DNA from: an uncultured Planctomycetota bacterium
GTDB lineage: Bacteria > Planctomycetota > Planctomycetia > Isosphaerales > Isosphaeraceae
Length of the DNA: 64,000 bases
Direction of reading: 5' to 3'
Assembly: GCA_963737655.1 (NCBI GenBank)
Contig: CAVTTN010000002.1
Coordinates: forward strand, 5,824,001 to 5,888,000
Both the position numbers and the translations under genes were made by a program. Below the pieces are notes generated by a model, which worked only from the letters and a program-made list of their open reading frames with translations, was not told the origin of the DNA and made no database searches. How positions within the stretch are numbered: the first letter of the stretch is position 1; the number at the start of each line of letters is the position of its first letter. This document shows positions 11,416 through 22,597 of this stretch, one piece after another.

Positions 11416-13410
11416 TCATCGAGAGACGGGCGATCCCCCCGGCGAGGCGGCCAGGGCCTCGCCGTCCTCGGCCCCCCTCGGGCCCCCCGGGGCCAGGTGA
11501 CGTCGCCAGCGTTCCCGGGATCGCGGGTCGTCGCCGCAGAGCCAGGGGGACGACAGGCCCAGGCCCGCGGCGAAGAGGCCGAGCCCGGCGAACGCCGGCG
11601 CCAGGTGTTTCAGGTTGTGGTAGCCCACGACCATGTGGACGGCGATCGCGGCGCCATAGCCGGGGATCCCCGCCAGGAGGAAGGTCCACCACAGCCAGCC
11701 CTCGCCCCGGCGGAATCCCCAGAGGGCGGCCAGGAGGAAGGCCGTCCCCGAGGCCACGAGCATCCCTCCCAGCATCGCGCGGTCGTGGGCGATGAGCGGG
11801 ACCAGCCGAGGATGGGCCGCCCGGATCGCCTCGGCCGAGGTGCCGAGGAATTCCAGGTCCTCGGGGACGAAGACCCGGGTGATCCCGACCCCGGCGATCA
11901 CGGCCCCGGCCGTCAGGAAGGCGGAGGCCTGCACGACGAACGCGAGCTGGCCCCACTGGCCCAGTCGCCATCGCCAGCCGTCGTCCAGGTCGGGCGCCGG
12001 GACCCCCCGGGGCGGGTCCAGCCGCGAATGGACGCCCAGCAACAGGAGCTGGAACAGGATCGCGGTCACGAACGCATGAAACGGATCGAAATATCCGAAC
12101 CCCAGGAACAGGAAGAAGCTGGCGAAGCCGATCGAGGCCGACCAGACCACGGCGACCTTCGCCCAGTGCCGCCCCCGGCGGCTGCCGAGCAGCGACAGGC
12201 CGATGTAGAGGACGCCGAGGGTCATCATCACGCCGGCCAGGGTCACGCGGTCGTGCGCCAGGAACCGCAGGAGGTGGTCGTTGATCGCGTGGATTTGCGG
12301 GAGGGTCAGCGTCACGAATCCTTCGTCGTAGGGGAGCATGACCCGCGTCGAGGCGATCGCCAGGGCCAGGACGCCCCCGCCCAGCATGCCCAGGCCCATC
12401 AGCAAGGTCCAGAACCACGAGGCCTCGGCGGCCCTCAGCGGCGGGGCGATGGGCGCGGGCGATCCCGAATTCTCGCGGGCGAAGAGGATCGCCTCATTCG
12501 CGCGCTTCGGCAGCCCGGGGCCGGAAAAGACCAGCCCGCTGTCGACCTCGACGAGGTCGGCGCCGGCCTCGCGGAGCCCCAGGGCGTCCTCGGGCGAATG
12601 CACGCCTCCCGAGCATGCGATGGCGAACGCCTCGCCCATGGCCCGGCGGATCGTCCGGACGGTCGCCAGGGTCGGCTCGCGGGCCGACGGCCCCTTCACC
12701 GGGCCATCGATCAGGACGCCCCGGACGCCGGCCTCGGCCCAGCGTTCCAGGCGATCCTCGTCGTCCCCGAGGGCCGGATCGGGCGGGACGTGGAGCAAGA
12801 CCGGCGCGGTCGGGGCGACCTCCCTGGCGAGGTCCATCAACGGGCCCGGCGCGACCCCGGGACCGACGGAGAGGACGAAGATATCGACGAGGTCGGCGAG
12901 CCGCGCCATCATCGGCCGGAGCTCGCGCCGGACCGTCTCGCAATCCGCCCCGCGATCGAAGACCAGGCGGGCGAGGCGGGGGATCGCCCGCTTCGGGCCC
13001 CCCTCCAATCGCCGGGCGAGCGCCTCGAACCCCGGATTCCTGGGCGGATCGGCCATCACGAGCGATTCGGTGGCGAGGTCGCGCCGGACGTCGTCGGCCG
13101 AGGCCCTCGGGGCGAACGAGACGGGCCCGACCTCGACGAAGCCGAACCCGAATCGCGAGAGGGCCGGCAGGGCCAGGGCGTGGACATCGACCCCGCATCC
13201 CAGGCCGACCGGGCTGGGGAACGGGATGCCGATCACGGTCGTCCTCAGGCGATCGGACGGGCCCATGTGGCCGAGGAAATCGATCACGGCCGGTCCCAGG
13301 GGCATCCTCGCGAGCAGGCCCATCGCCCCCAGGGTCAGGTCGCGGGCGAGGAGGCCGGGCATCCGGAAGAGCACCGGGCGGAAGACGGTGCGATAGGACC
13401 AGTCGGGCAC
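11416..13410 (-). CDS. Degenerate dihydroorotate-dehydrogenase-like domain fused to a multi-pass membrane domain
   Basis: PDWSYRTVFRPVLF, FPSPVGL, FGFGFVEVGPV, SGGVHSPEDA and SGLVFSGPGL, followed by about 8 hydrophobic segments in two repeated AHDR modules. Confidence 0.8.
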   Translation of the reverse strand: MPDWSYRTVFRPVLFRMPGLLARDLTLGAMGLLARMPLGPAVIDFLGHMGPSDRLRTTVIGIPFPSPVGLGCGVDVHALALPALSRFGFGFVEVGPVSFAPRASADDVRRDLATESLVMADPPRNPGFEALARRLEGGPKRAIPRLARLVFDRGADCETVRRELRPMMARLADLVDIFVLSVGPGVAPGPLMDLAREVAPTAPVLLHVPPDPALGDDEDRLERWAEAGVRGVLIDGPVKGPSAREPTLATVRTIRRAMGEAFAIACSGGVHSPEDALGLREAGADLVEVDSGLVFSGPGLPKRANEAILFARENSGSPAPIAPPLRAAEASWFWTLLMGLGMLGGGVLALAIASTRVMLPYDEGFVTLTLPQIHAINDHLLRFLAHDRVTLAGVMMTLGVLYIGLSLLGSRRGRHWAKVAVVWSASIGFASFFLFLGFGYFDPFHAFVTAILFQLLLLGVHSRLDPPRGVPAPDLDDGWRWRLGQWGQLAFVVQASAFLTAGAVIAGVGITRVFVPEDLEFLGTSAEAIRAAHPRLVPLIAHDRAMLGGMLVASGTAFLLAALWGFRRGEGWLWWTFLLAGIPGYGAAIAVHMVVGYHNLKHLAPAFAGLGLFAAGLGLSSPWLCGDDPRSRERWRRHLAPGGPRGAEDGEALAASPGGSPVSR

Positions 13411-13595
13411 GGCGGCCTCCCGCGATCCAAAGGGTTCCCCGGCGGTTTGACGTAGCCTAACCGAGCCGCCGAAGGGGAGCGAGGGGCGCGTCCTCATTGC
13501 CCGGCCGGGGCGCGGTCCTTATGATGTCGGGATTGCGGGCAAAGGCCGGGCCGAGGGGTCGGCCCGCCGCGACGTCCCGAAGGCCCCGAGCCGTC

Positions 13596-15101
13596 ATGGG
13601 CACCATCTTCACCACCGATTACCTCGCCCTGGACCTCGGCGCCGAGAGCGGCCGGGGGCTGCTCGGCCGGTTCGACGGCGAACGCCTGAGCCTGGAGGAG
13701 GTCCACCGCTTCCCCAACGGGCCGGTCCGCCTGGTCAATACGCTGGTCTGGCCCCTCCCCCGGCTCTGGGACGAGTGCAAGACGGCCCTCCGCAAGGCCG
13801 GCGCCGGCCGGGGGCTGGACGGCGTGGGCGTGGACACCTGGGGCGTCGATTTCGCGCTGATCGGCAAGGGCGAGACCCTCCTGGGCAACCCCGTCCACTA
13901 TCGAGACGCCCGGACCGAGGGGATGCTGGACCTCGCCTGCTCGCTCGTCCCCCGGGAGCGGATCTATGAGGTCTCGGGCCTGCAATTCCTCCCCCTGAAC
14001 ACGCTCTATCAGCTCCTGGCGATGAAGCAGGCCGGCTCCCCCCTGCTGGACATGGCCGAATCGCTCCTGATGATGCCCGACCTCTTCGGCTGGCTCCTGA
14101 CCGGCCGGAGGGCCGTCGAGAGGACCGACGCCTCGACGACCCAGCTCATGGACCCCAGGACCGGGACGTGGTCCGACGAGTTGATCTCCGGCTTCGGCCT
14201 GCCCCGGCGGATCTTCGGCGACCCGATCGAGCCGGGGACCGTGCTCGGGCCGCTCCTGCCGAGCGTCGCCGAGGAGGTGAACCTCCGGGACGTGAAGGTC
14301 CTGGCCACCGCCGGGCACGACACGGCCGCCGCCGTCGCCGCCGTCCCCACCCTCGGCCGGTCCGACCCGCCGGATTGGTGCTACCTGAGCTCCGGGACGT
14401 GGTCGCTCCTGGGCGTCGAGTCTTCGAGGCCGATCATCAACGACGCCACCTACAAATACAATTTCACGAACGAGGGGGGCGTCCTCGGCACCACGCGGCT
14501 CCTCAAGAACATCATGGGCCTGTGGCTGGTCCAGGAGTGCCGGCGGACCTGGGCGCGGTCGGGCAAGGATTATACGTATGACGAATTGATCGCCAAGGCC
14601 GGGGCCGCACGGCCGTTCTCGGCGATCATCGAGCCGGACGACCCCTCGTTCTACGCCCCGGGCGACATGCCCGCCCGGATCGCCGCCTTCTGCGCCCGGA
14701 CCGGCCAGGCCGCGCCGGTCGGCGACGGCGCGATCGTCCGCTCGGCGCTGGAGGGCCTGGCCCTGAAGTACCGATGGACGATCGAGAAGCTCGAAGAGGT
14801 CACCGGGGGGACGATCCGGACGATCCACGTCGTCGGCGGGGGGTGCAAGAACGCCCTGTTGAACCAGTTCACGGCCGACGCCTGCAACCGCCCCGTCGTG
14901 GCCGGGCCCGTCGAGGCGACGGCGATGGGCAACGTGTTGATCCAGGCGATGGCCCGGGGGCGGATCGGCTCGCTCGGCGACCTCCGGGAGATCGTCGCCC
15001 GGTCCTTCCCGGTCGCCACCTACGAGCCGAAGGACACCGCCGCCTGGGACGAGGCCGCCGCGAAGTTCGCGAGCCTCGCCCCGGGCCGATCGGGTGCCTA
15101 G
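13596..15101 (+). CDS. rhaB: Rhamnulokinase (FGGY carbohydrate kinase)
   Basis: LALDLGAESGR, GVDTWGVDF, YRDART, GHDTAAA, LSSGTWSLLG, FTNEGG, LKNIMGLW and GPVEATAMGN. Confidence 0.92.
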   Translation: MGTIFTTDYLALDLGAESGRGLLGRFDGERLSLEEVHRFPNGPVRLVNTLVWPLPRLWDECKTALRKAGAGRGLDGVGVDTWGVDFALIGKGETLLGNPVHYRDARTEGMLDLACSLVPRERIYEVSGLQFLPLNTLYQLLAMKQAGSPLLDMAESLLMMPDLFGWLLTGRRAVERTDASTTQLMDPRTGTWSDELISGFGLPRRIFGDPIEPGTVLGPLLPSVAEEVNLRDVKVLATAGHDTAAAVAAVPTLGRSDPPDWCYLSSGTWSLLGVESSRPIINDATYKYNFTNEGGVLGTTRLLKNIMGLWLVQECRRTWARSGKDYTYDELIAKAGAARPFSAIIEPDDPSFYAPGDMPARIAAFCARTGQAAPVGDGAIVRSALEGLALKYRWTIEKLEEVTGGTIRTIHVVGGGCKNALLNQFTADACNRPVVAGPVEATAMGNVLIQAMARGRIGSLGDLREIVARSFPVATYEPKDTAAWDEAAAKFASLAPGRSGA

Positions 15102-15126
15102 AATCCTCGGGAACCGTCTCGAAGGA

Positions 15127-15230
15127 TCGGGTTCCGGGTGGCATGCTTACGTCTTCGTAAGCACGTCTTCGGCCGAATGCCGGACTGCGGACATGCTTAC
15201 GAAGACGTAAGCATGCCACCCGGAACCCGA
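15127..15230. repeat. REP-like palindromic doublet (GGGTGGCATGC family)
   Basis: TCGGGTTCCGGGTGGCATGCTTACGTCTTCGTAAGC...GCTTACGAAGACGTAAGCATGCCACCCGGAACCCGA between convergent genes; related copies at 27892 and 51101. Confidence 0.85.
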
Positions 15231-15274
15231 CGTCAACCCGATCGGATGCGACACTTTCCACCATCGGGCCTCGA

Positions 15275-16036
15275 TCAAGCCTCGGCCTTCTTGCGACGGC
15301 GGATCGCCCGGCCGGCGGCCGTGAGGGTCCCGATGCCGAGGAGGGCGAGCGAGGACGGCTCGGGGACGACCCCCCCTTGCACGGGCGTCCCGGGGAAGGT
15401 CGGGATCAGCGGGTCGGCGCGGATGCTGAAGTTGTCGGCCTCGAACCCGGTGCCGAGGTTGCCGTTGTTGAAGACGATCTCGTCGAACGTCGTGCCGTTG
15501 GTGCCGATGAAGTTCAGGTAGGCGAACTTCTCGCCGCCGTCGGTGCCGTAATAGGTGGGGTTGCCGTTGTACGACGAGTCGAGCTGGCCGAGGGCCGCCG
15601 CCGAGTCGAAGCTGCCGAGGAACTGGCCGTTGGAGTAGAACGAGACGCTGTTGAACGGGTCGGCCGCCGACCACCACATCCCGAAATACGCCTGGGGGGC
15701 GTTCAGGGTGAGCGTGGCCTGGAGTTGCCCGCTCTCGGCCCCGATCACGAAGTAATGGCCGGCGCCGCCCGCTCCGCCGTACTGGTCGGCCTCGTGGATG
15801 TTCAGGCCGGGGCCCGGTGCGGAGAAGGTGCCCACGGCCGTTTGCAGGGACGTGTACGATCCGGTGGAGATGCCGTCGAAGGTCTCGGTGACGGCCCCCG
15901 AGACCTGGGTGGTCTCGACCCCGGCGGCCTCGGCCGTCAACATCAGGTCGGCCCGCGACGTCGTCGCCAGGCCCATTGCGAACAGGAAGGCCGCCGCCGG
16001 GGCGGCCTGTCGGAAGAAGGCGCGTACTCGGTTCAT
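15275..16036 (-). CDS. PEP-CTERM (exosortase-target) surface protein
   Basis: Signal peptide; C-terminal VPEPSSLALLGIGTL plus basic tail RRRKK. Confidence 0.9.
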   Translation of the reverse strand: MNRVRAFFRQAAPAAAFLFAMGLATTSRADLMLTAEAAGVETTQVSGAVTETFDGISTGSYTSLQTAVGTFSAPGPGLNIHEADQYGGAGGAGHYFVIGAESGQLQATLTLNAPQAYFGMWWSAADPFNSVSFYSNGQFLGSFDSAAALGQLDSSYNGNPTYYGTDGGEKFAYLNFIGTNGTTFDEIVFNNGNLGTGFEADNFSIRADPLIPTFPGTPVQGGVVPEPSSLALLGIGTLTAAGRAIRRRKKAEA

Positions 16037-16262
16037 CGCTGCTCGCTCATACCATCCCGGAGAATCCCCGGCCGCCTCGCCGGGGACGGTCGCCCCTCCT
16101 GGGCACGATCCGATTCCCTCCCGGGCCGCTGGAAGGCCCGGAATCACTCTAGGCCGATCGCCGGGGATCGTCCGGGACGTTGCTTGGAATCCTCATCTCG
16201 GATCAAGAATCGACAAGTTTGGTCATAGAATTCCATCCCGCGATGGCTTTCCTCGCCGCGGC

Positions 16263-17896
16263 TCAATCCCCGTCGCGGAGGGTCAGCCGGGCGACGATCG
16301 GAGGTCGAGCGACGACCTCGGCCAGCCCCTCGGGCATGGGGCGGTCGGCCAGGATCTCGACCCCGGCGACGGCCCGGGGCTCGATCGCCGAGAAGACGCG
16401 ATCGACGACCGTTCCCGCCGGGTCGCTGACCAGGACGAACCCGCCGGAGGGCCCCGAGGCCGTCGCCCGGACGATCATCCCGGGCTGCACCTCCGGGCCG
16501 AGGCGACGGCCTCCGCCGAGACGTCCTGGCCGATCAGGAGCCAGTCTCCCGAGCCCGGGGGGATCGACTCGATCGACCCGGGGCGAGGGGCCGCGACGAT
16601 CCGGACGGCCGACCACTCCCCGCTCGCCCCTCGGGACCGGACCAGCAAGTGATCGGGCCCGGCGCACCCCTCGACCCGATCGACCGTGAGCTTCCGGGAC
16701 CTCCGGTGGAGGACGGCCACCGGCGGGACGTCTCCGGGCCGGGGGGGCAGGTCGCGATAATCCAGGCGGAAGTGGCTGTCGAGGTGCTCGGCCAGGGCGC
16801 GGACCTCGGCCGCCGAGGCGTGAGGGAGCAGCCACAGGTCCATCCCGAGGTCCGACAGGGCCCAGCCCAGCCCGGCGAGCCGCTCGGGGAACGGTCGGCG
16901 GGCGTCCTTCAGATTGAGGAACGCCACGTCGAGCTCCGAGCCTTCGCGGCGGCTTCCGGCGGAGACGAACTCGGCCGCCGATCGGCCTCGGAGCCATCGG
17001 CCGATCGCCCCGAAGAACCCGGCGCCGGGGTCCAGCCCGCGGAACAGGCCGCGGAGCCTGGCCGCGACCTCGGGCCCGGCGATCTGCTCCGCCTCCCGAC
17101 TCTCCAGCCACAGCGCAATGGCCGAGATCCGGATCCCCTCGTTCAGGAACCGGGAGCCGGCCGGCGCCCCCTTGACCCGCTTGCCCCCCTCGGCCGAGAC
17201 CGAGGCGTGATGCAGGGCCACCAGCCGCCAGTGGTTGTCGAACACCGGGCTGCCCGAGGAGCCGGGCTCGGTGTCGCAGGCGTATTGCAGGACCACCCGA
17301 TCGGCCTTGACCACGTGATTATCCCGGAGGGCCACCTGCTTCGGCCTTCCCCGGGGGTGCTGGATGATGTTCACCGGGTCCGAGGCGTCCACCCGCCGGC
17401 TGTCCCTCTCCAACACGATCGCGCCGAGGGCCTCCAGGCCCTTGACCCCGCAGAACGTGAAGTCCAGGCCCGATTCGGTCACGAACAGGGATTGCGGGTC
17501 CAGCGTGGCCTCGATCGGGAAGACCGGCGGGTCGAGGTCTTCGGGCCTCTCGGCGTCGTACAGGGCGATGGCCCGGGCCGCCCAGGCCGTGGCCGGGTCG
17601 GGCAGGACGTGATGGTTGGTCAGGAGGACGTCCGGGCCGACGAGGAACCCCGTCCCGCTCGCGCCGTCGCCCCGGACGATCTTCACCACCGAGCGCCCCC
17701 GGAGGTCTCCGGTGCGGAGGAAGACGAAGGGCAGCAATTCATTCTCTTCGAGGATGAGCTCCGGGCGGACCACCGGGCCGCCCGAGAACTGGAGGGCCGG
17801 GCCCGGAGGGGCGACCCGGGGCCGTCGGGAGCGGCGATCGTAACCGGACAGGAATCGGCCATTGAGCGGGGATTCGTCCCGCGAATACCTGGGCAT
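16263..17896 (-). CDS. Trypsin-like (V8-type) serine protease with C-terminal extension; probable frameshift near 16495
   Basis: SGTGFLVG, LLTNHHV, LDF, IIQHPRG and DTEPGSSGSPVF. Protein-like sequence continues in the 16263 frame after the 16475 stop. Confidence 0.8.
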
Positions 17897-18234
17897 GATC
17901 GACGGCCTCTTAACGCAACACGACTCGAACCGACCGCGGGCTGGACTCGACGTGGCTCCCAGGCCCCGGACGATGGCTCGCCGTGGAGAAGGCCCTCCGA
18001 TCTCAGGGGGATGATCCGATCCGTCGGACGGCCGGAGGCGCCCGCTCGCCCCGGGGCATGTCGGGCACCCGTCGCGAGCGAATCCTCAACGCACCGTCCC
18101 TTGCTAGCATCGAGACGGGGATCGGCGAGGGATTGCCAAAGCGGGACTCCCGGGCAACTCCGAGGGATTTCGTTGTCACGGGCCGATCGCGCTGGTAGGC
18201 TCGGGGCGAGGCGAGGCGAAGGGGGGCCGGCGCG

Positions 18235-19678
18235 ATGACCGAGACCGTCGAGACGCCGAGACGATCGCCGATCGGGACGGCGCTGAGGGCGCTGATCCTG
18301 CCGGCCGTCTGGCTGGAGAGGGCCGAGGGCGGCGACGGCTGGCGTTGCTGCTCGCCTATGGCCTGATCGCCGGGTTCCTGGTCCTGGTGGGGCTGAGGAT
18401 GGCCGCGCTCCGGGGGCTGCCGGACGTCGGCGACCCGTTCGCGGAGGATCGGATCGCGGAAACGCGGCTCCCCGCCGTCGATCCAGCCGCGCTCCGCGAG
18501 GCGGTCGGGCACTACCGCCGGGCCGCCGAGCTGTTCCGCGGCCTGCCTCCGGGCCGGGACCTCCGCAGTGGCATGCTTCCCGCGACGCCGGCCAACCCCT
18601 TCGGCGAGTTCGCCGCGAAGGACTTCGAGGTCACCGACTCCCTGAACCGCGACCGGGGGGATGGGCCCGGCGTGGCGGTCCGCTATCGCGACTGGCTCGA
18701 CGCCAACGGCCCCGCCCTGGCCGAGTGGCGGGAATGGGCCGAGAGCCAGCCGGACGCCGCGGCCCAGGCGTCTCGGGCCGGCGCCCCGGGCCCCTCGGCA
18801 CGCTCGCCTTCTCCAACAATCACGGCTTCCCCGGCCTGGCGATGCTCGACGCCCTCCGCCGCCAGTCTCAGGGCGACCCGGCCGGCGCCTGGGAGGCGCT
18901 CCGGCTCTGCCTCCAGTCGGTCCGTCGGGTCGAGTCTCCGGCCCTGTTCGGCCCCGGCGATCGGACGACGGCCATCGTGGTCCCGTCCCTCCTGATCGCC
19001 TTCGATCGCTGGTCGAGCGACCCGAACGTCGATGCCGCGATGCTCCGCCGGGCCCTGGAGGATGTCCTCGCCATCGACGCCCCGAATCCCGACCAACGGG
19101 CCGCCCTCCGCGACGAATACGACCGGGTGATGAAGGCCATCGAGAGTCCGGGCGAAGCGATCTGGAAGTCGATCGAAGCCGAGCTCAACGACCCGTGGGA
19201 CGAGTCGTACCTCAACCGCCAGGTGCCGGGGATGGCCTGGTGCCGCCTCTTCGTCCGCAACGAGCCGGAGAGGAGCCGCCGCGTGGCCCGCCTGGTCTTC
19301 GCGAACTGGAGGAGGCGGCTGCAGGAGCCGTGGCGGGTCGATCCAGGCCCGATCGCCGTGCCTCTCGGGTCGGTGTACTCGTCGTCGCTGACCATACCGT
19401 CGGTCTGGATCTACCCCGACGACCCGGCCTGGCCTCCGTCTCTGGAGGAGAAGGCCGAGCGGATGACCGAAGCCCTGGTCTTCAAACGAGTGATCACGAA
19501 TTCCCAGGGCCCGAGCCAACTCCTGGATATCCAGGCCGGTCATCGGCGGGCGCTCCTGGCCGTCCTCCTGGCCGCGCTCCACCAAAGAGAGCGTGGCCAG
19601 CCGTTCCCGGGCGATCCCGACGCCCTGATCGATCCCTTTCTCGCCTCGCGGAAGGCCCGGGGAGACCGGAACCCATGA
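18235..19678 (+). CDS. Hypothetical membrane-anchored protein split by two apparent frameshifts (about 18330 and 18790)
   Basis: Protein-like segments in three successive frames (MTETVETP..; LLAYGLIAGF..GLPDVGDPF; LAMLDALRRQSQGDPAGAW..). Confidence 0.55.
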
Positions 19679-20985
19679 TCGCCTTGATGCTGATGCCCGC
19701 CCTCCTTGCCGCCGATGCCCCGCCACCGCCTCCCAAGGCGAAGCCGGCCGGCGATCCCGTCGTGGCCCAGGCCGTGGCGAAGTTCCGCGAGAACTTCGAC
19801 CGATTCGGAACCCTGGAAGTCCAGTGGCGCCGAGAGCAGCACTACACCGAGGCCTGGATCGCGATGCAGGACCGTCTGGCGGAGGAGCAGGCCAAGGCCG
19901 TGGAGGCCATGGACCCGTCCGACCCCAGGTTCGACCAGGCTCAAAAGGCATCTCAGGCCAAGCGGGGCGCGATGACGCAATTCCGGGTGCCGACGGCCTT
20001 CCATCAGACGTTCCTCACCGACCGGATTCGGTTCCAGATGAGGACCGCCCGCCAGCCGGGGATCGTTCTCGATCCCGACGCGAAGCTCGACATGCCCTCC
20101 GACGGCCCGACCACGGCGGCCAACCTCCCCCAGGACTTCGTCGGCGTGAGCTTCATCTCCTATCGCGGGATTCCGTCCGAGGGGTTCCGCACCTGGCGGA
20201 TCGACTACCCCGGGAATCCCGGCTACGGCTCGATCCTGACTCGGAATCAGAACACCGGCGAGGCCTTCTTCCCGCCCCTGGGGATCAACCGGAGGGACTG
20301 GGCCGGCGACGACTCCCAATGGCACCCGATCGACCTGTTCCTCCGCGACCCGACCGCCGAGATCCGCGCCGTCGGCCGGGAGAAGGTGGGGGACCGCGAA
20401 ACGGTCGTCCTGGAGCGCTGGGGAGGCCCCGAGCCGAACAAGCCCGGGATGACGACCGGCGGCCCCGTGATCCGCGCCTTCCTCGACATGGAGCGAGGCG
20501 CCCTGCCCCTGAAGATCGAATGGACCATGGGCCAGAAGGCGATGGGCCAGCCGCCGACGACTTCCCCGGGCGTCCGGCCCCATCAGGTCCTGGAGACGAC
20601 CGAGATCGTCCAGGTCAAGGGAGCCGGCTTCTACCCCAAGAGGGGGACGATCCGCACCTTCGGCTCCGACCCGGGGTCCTGGAAGGGGACGGGCCCGCCC
20701 CCCGTGGACCTGATGGAGGAGACCACCTGGAGGGCCGTCGCCATCGAGGCCAACGCCCCCTTGAAGGACGACATGAGCCTGCCGTTCCCCCAGGGTGTCT
20801 ACTACTTCGACCAGAGGATCGGCGCCTCGCTTTACGAAGGCGCGATCGTCGCGGGAGGAACCCGCCTGCCCTGGCTCCTCTGCCTGGGCCTCCTGGCCGG
20901 CTGGGCGATTTTTGGCGTGGTCATGATGGCGAGGTCGATGATCCGGAAGTCCCGGAAGCGATCGCTGAGGATGGCCCGGGGCTAA
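19675..20985 (+). CDS. Hypothetical exported protein with C-terminal TM anchor
   Basis: MIALMLMPALLAADA signal peptide, C-terminal TM and basic tail; ATGA overlap with the upstream gene. Confidence 0.7.
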   Translation: MIALMLMPALLAADAPPPPPKAKPAGDPVVAQAVAKFRENFDRFGTLEVQWRREQHYTEAWIAMQDRLAEEQAKAVEAMDPSDPRFDQAQKASQAKRGAMTQFRVPTAFHQTFLTDRIRFQMRTARQPGIVLDPDAKLDMPSDGPTTAANLPQDFVGVSFISYRGIPSEGFRTWRIDYPGNPGYGSILTRNQNTGEAFFPPLGINRRDWAGDDSQWHPIDLFLRDPTAEIRAVGREKVGDRETVVLERWGGPEPNKPGMTTGGPVIRAFLDMERGALPLKIEWTMGQKAMGQPPTTSPGVRPHQVLETTEIVQVKGAGFYPKRGTIRTFGSDPGSWKGTGPPPVDLMEETTWRAVAIEANAPLKDDMSLPFPQGVYYFDQRIGASLYEGAIVAGGTRLPWLLCLGLLAGWAIFGVVMMARSMIRKSRKRSLRMARG

Positions 20986-22162
20986 TCGGCGGACGACTCG
21001 ATCACCGACCCGGACGAAGGGGCCGCCGCCGAGGCCACGACCCGGGCGATCCGGCCGACCGCCTCGTCGATGTCCCCCTCGGTCGTGGACGGCCCCAGGC
21101 TGAACCGGACCGACGACTTCAGCAGCGAATCCGGCACCTTCATGGCCCGGAGGGTCGGCGAGGGGCGAGTCGATCCGCTGGCGCAGGCCGATCCGAGCGA
21201 CGCGCGGATACCGGCCAGGTCCAGGCCCATCAACAGGGCGTCGCCCTCGCGACCGGGGAACGCCAGGAGGAGCGTTTGAGGGAGCCTGATCGCCGGGTCG
21301 TCCGGTCCGTGGCGGACGACGTTCCCGGGCCCGAGGGCCGCGATCAATCCCGCCTCCAATCGGTCGCGGAGGGCCGTCCAGCGGGCGATTCGCGCCCGGA
21401 GTCGCGATGGGCGATCTCCAGGGCCCTGGCGAGCCCGACGATCATCGCCACCGGCACCGTCCCCGGCCTCAGGCCCCGTTGCTGCCCCCCTCCGAACAAC
21501 ATCGGGGGCAATTTCACGCCCCGACGCACCAGGAGCAGCCCGATCCCGCCCGGCCCGCCGAACTTGTGGCCACTGGCGGCCAGCGTCGCCACGCCCAACT
21601 CGTGAAATCGCACCGGGATGCGGCCGACGGCCTGGACGGCGTCCGTGTGGACCGGAATCCCCCGATCGCCGAGGAGGCTCGCCAGCCGGCCGACCGGCTG
21701 GATCGCCCCGGTCTCGTTGTGGGCGAGGATCAGGGTCGCGAACCGGGTCTCGGGACGGGCCAGTTCGGCCATCGCCTCCGGAACGGCCAGCCCTCGGCCG
21801 TCGATCTCGGGCCGATCGACGGCGAACCCGAGCCGCCCGAGCCTCTCGACGGCCTCGGAGACGGCCGGATGCTCCATCGGCGAGGAAAGGACGGCGCCGG
21901 GGCCTCGGTCCGGGTCGGCCAGTCCGAAGATGGCCAGGTTATTCGCCTCGGTCCCGCCGGAGGTGAAGAGGACCTCGTCGGGATGGGCGTCCAGGAGGTT
22001 CGCGAGGGTCTCGGAGGCGTGGGTCAGGAGCCTCCGGGCGGCCCGCCCCGAGGCATGGCGGCTCTCGGGGTTCCCGCCGGCAAGCCAGGCGGGCCCCATC
22101 GCGTCGAGGACCTCGGGCAAGACCGGCGAGGTCGCGTTGTGGTCCAGGTCGATCGGGCGCAT
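20982..22162 (-). CDS. Cysteine desulfurase (IscS/NifS class V aminotransferase); frameshift near 21380
   Basis: IDLDHNATSP, GNPES, FTSGGTEANN, HNETG, HTDAVQA, SGHKFGGP and RPGT; SLGSACASG and SSVRFSLG lie in a second frame. Confidence 0.9.
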
Positions 22163-22181
22163 GGGGGCCGGCCCCCTCGGG

Positions 22182-22385
22182 TCAGCCGAAGCTCCGCAAC
22201 ATCAGGATCAGGCCGATGACGAACACCGGGACGCCGATCGGGTAAAGCATCCCCGAGCACATCGCCACGCCCAGGACCATCAGGGCGAAGCCGACGACCA
22301 CGCCCACGAACCGGCCCAGGAGCTCGACCCCCGAGCCGATCAGGCGGAACGGCCACGTGACGACCGACCAGAGCGCTCCGAACAT
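22182..22385 (-). CDS. Small membrane protein
   Basis: About 67 aa, almost entirely hydrophobic, co-oriented with the desulfurase. Confidence 0.65.
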   Translation of the reverse strand: MFGALWSVVTWPFRLIGSGVELLGRFVGVVVGFALMVLGVAMCSGMLYPIGVPVFVIGLILMLRSFG

Positions 22386-22597
22386 GATCACCTAGCCTAG
22401 CACGAGACGGGCCCGCGAGGGAACAGGGCGAAGGCCCGGAGTCGGGCCGGACTGACCTTGCCGGAATCGTCCCGAAGGATTCCAATACGACGCGATCTGA
22501 GGGGGATTCGTCGAGGACGGCGGACCCTTGGATCGGTCCGCCTCCGATTTTTCCCGAGGGCCGGGCCGAGACGTCGCGGGCAGGGAGGCCGGGCAAG

